From Piedraia hortae CBS 480.64 (taxonomy: Eukaryota), in assembly GCA_010093745.1 (NCBI GenBank), contig MU005989.1:126776-184577 (forward strand): DNA of 57,802 nucleotides. The letters run 5' to 3'. Of this stretch, positions 56,052 through 57,802 are shown in pieces. Under the pieces are notes generated by a model that was given only the letters and a program-made list of their open reading frames with translations, had not been told where the DNA came from and made no database searches. A program made the translations under genes and the position numbers. Position 1 is the first letter of the stretch, and the number at the start of each line of letters is the position of its first letter.

Positions 56052-57618
56052 AACTACGAAAATGACCAAAAATTGGCTCCAAGAGGGGCTTTACGTCGGT
56101 AAAGACAACGGTGCCCGCAAAAGGCAGCACAACAGAAAATACCCATCTTCAAGACGTCGGACTAACAATAACCGTTTCAAACTGAATCTTCCAATGTTCA
56201 AATACATGGAAAAGCAACGAGACTTCACCATACCGTACGAAATCTTCTCCATCTCAGCCACGAAAGCAAAACCTAAGGGCTGGCATCGCGTGAGCCGGAA
56301 CCGACTAATCGGTGATGCCAAGTCAGAATGGGCCAACGAAGAGCAGTACGTTTCCTCAGCCTGCAATTGCAAAGCCCCGGAGGGTTCAGAACAGCAGCCC
56401 GGGTGCGGCGATCTCTGCATCAACCGTGTAATGCAGTACGAGTGCTCGCCAAAAAATTGCAAGCTCTCTCCGGAGGCATGCGGCAATCGGCCCTTTGCCG
56501 AACTCGCGGCCCGGCTTAAGAAAGGCGGAGCCTATGACATCGGGGTTGAGATTATCCAAACGGCTGACCGCGGGTTTGGCGTGCGGGCATGTCGCTCTTT
56601 TGCCCCGGGACAGATTATAATGGAGTATACCGGGGAGGTTATAACCGAGGACGAGTGCCAGAGACGCATCAGAGAGGATTACAAGGACGTCAAGTGCTAC
56701 TATCTTATGGAGCTTGCGCATGGGCTGATTATCGATGGGATGAAGGGCAACATGGCCCGGTTTATTAACCACTCATGTGAACCTAACTGCGAGATCCGCA
56801 TGGTGACGGTTAACGGCATGCTGCGGTTGGGTGTGTTTGCAGGCGATGACGGGGTTTCGACTGGAGACGAACTGACCTATGACTACAACTTTGAGACTTG
56901 CGCAGATTCTCGGCTCGAGTGCTACTGCGGCACGCCTAGCTGCCGCGGATTTCTTACTAAAAGGCGTAACTTGACCGAGTTGAGGCTGCTGAAGAAGGAG
57001 GCTGCGTTGAAGCGTAAGGCGGAAGAGGATGCAGTTGTCAAAACACCGACGAGCATCAAGGAGAAGGTTACCGTCGCCGCAGCGAGGACTATCAAAACCC
57101 CAATCAGCAACCGACGCATCATTAAAGAAAACATCGCAAAGGGACAGATGCTAACGCCAGATAGCCTCGACCGCAACGCGAAGGACCCCTTCCCCAGGAA
57201 CCTCGAACGGAAAGCCGACTCCGAGAACGGCCCTCCTACCAAGTTAGTTAAAGCCTCCATCCAATGGTTCAGCTGGGTCCCCGAAGCACAGCTTCAGAGC
57301 GAAAAGGCTGCAAAAGATGAAGCCGCGAAGCAAACCGCACGAGCTCTGCGTCTTGCCGCTCGGGAGAAGAACCAGGCTGTGACCGTTCAGGTGAGCCAAA
57401 CTACCAAAACGAACCAGAAGGTGGAAATCGAGAGGAAAATGGTGGAGTTTCGGATGGGTGAGAACACGAAGAAGATAGAGCGCGTGCAAAAGGCAGGGAA
57501 AACCCGCACCAAGGCACGCGAGAAAGTCACTACGTCGACTCCGGAAGTTTTAGTGATGCAACGACCCACTCGCGTGCGAAAGATGCCGCCGCGTATGATG
57601 ATGTTGTTGGGCGAGTGA
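56032..57618 (+). CDS. ash1: ASH1-like AWS-SET-postSET H3K36 methyltransferase, paralog B (intronless, short N-terminus)
   Basis: Fungal ASH1 motifs KNWLQEGLYVG and RDFTIPYEIF, AWS Cys cluster, CGNRPFAEL..GG.YDIGVE, DRGFGVR, ARFINHSCEPNC, GDELTYDYNF, CYCGTPSCRG. Confidence 0.9.
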   Translation: MESKPSETTKMTKNWLQEGLYVGKDNGARKRQHNRKYPSSRRRTNNNRFKLNLPMFKYMEKQRDFTIPYEIFSISATKAKPKGWHRVSRNRLIGDAKSEWANEEQYVSSACNCKAPEGSEQQPGCGDLCINRVMQYECSPKNCKLSPEACGNRPFAELAARLKKGGAYDIGVEIIQTADRGFGVRACRSFAPGQIIMEYTGEVITEDECQRRIREDYKDVKCYYLMELAHGLIIDGMKGNMARFINHSCEPNCEIRMVTVNGMLRLGVFAGDDGVSTGDELTYDYNFETCADSRLECYCGTPSCRGFLTKRRNLTELRLLKKEAALKRKAEEDAVVKTPTSIKEKVTVAAARTIKTPISNRRIIKENIAKGQMLTPDSLDRNAKDPFPRNLERKADSENGPPTKLVKASIQWFSWVPEAQLQSEKAAKDEAAKQTARALRLAAREKNQAVTVQVSQTTKTNQKVEIERKMVEFRMGENTKKIERVQKAGKTRTKAREKVTTSTPEVLVMQRPTRVRKMPPRMMMLLGE

Positions 57619-57762
57619 TGTTTCGGGTAGTTGAAAAGAGCGTGAGCCACGTTGATGGTCACGATCCAGTAAGATGCAGTTGAGATGTACGTTAACGGGT
57701 TGGTCGAGTGTATGTAGTTAGAAAGATCGTTTCCCTTGGAAATGTTCGCTACGATACCTATT

Positions 57763-57802
57763 TGTTGTGAATATGCGGTATATTACGCGCATTATTAGTA
57801 AC
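57763..57802 (+). repeat. LTR-like direct repeat, right copy (truncated by window end)
   Basis: TGTTGTGAATATGCGGTATATTACGCGCATTATTAGTAAC, 40/40 identical to 55157-55196. Confidence 0.7.

Larger units (their letters stand above)
55157..57802 (+). mobile_element. Putative non-autonomous or composite LTR element carrying an ASH1-like gene
   Basis: Order is repeat - gap - gag-like fragment - SET gene - repeat. TSD, PBS and LTR ends are not visible, and there is no polypurine tract before the right repeat. Confidence 0.5.

Noticed and set aside
57745..57762. Minus-strand PBS-like AGGTATCGTAGC next to the right repeat
   Set aside because: Imperfect match to tRNA-Met PBS motifs, and it conflicts with the plus orientation of the gag-like frame

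Overview
Very gene-dense filamentous-ascomycete (Pezizomycotina-type) nuclear DNA with short spliceosomal introns (41-73 nt by my splicing) and intergenic gaps down to 0 bp. It carries about 27 protein genes, mostly housekeeping: glucosidase II alpha, NDK, Dia2/Pof3, TAF6, NOB1, mito L27, AP-1 mu, glucosylceramide synthase, SUB1, NOP10, LCL2, a NAP-family chaperone, a POT1-type OB protein, an afeA/tmpA-like pair, MCM5, VPS54, VMA1, VPS1 and MRX11. Three structures stand out. (1) At the right end are two divergent ASH1-like H3K36 SET genes. One is joined to a truncated gag-like fragment and sits between two LTR-like direct repeats, suggesting a retroelement-captured or retroelement-bracketed histone methyltransferase. 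The other has a frameshift and a stop confined to its repetitive tail. (2) A ~1.37 kb inverted duplication of a whole LYR-motif gene, identical in the core but diverged at the ends, brackets a ~19.8 kb block that could invert. (3) A 127-bp near-perfect intergenic hairpin lies next to an array of GTCATGAC palindromes. All homology calls are from motif recognition, not database searches.
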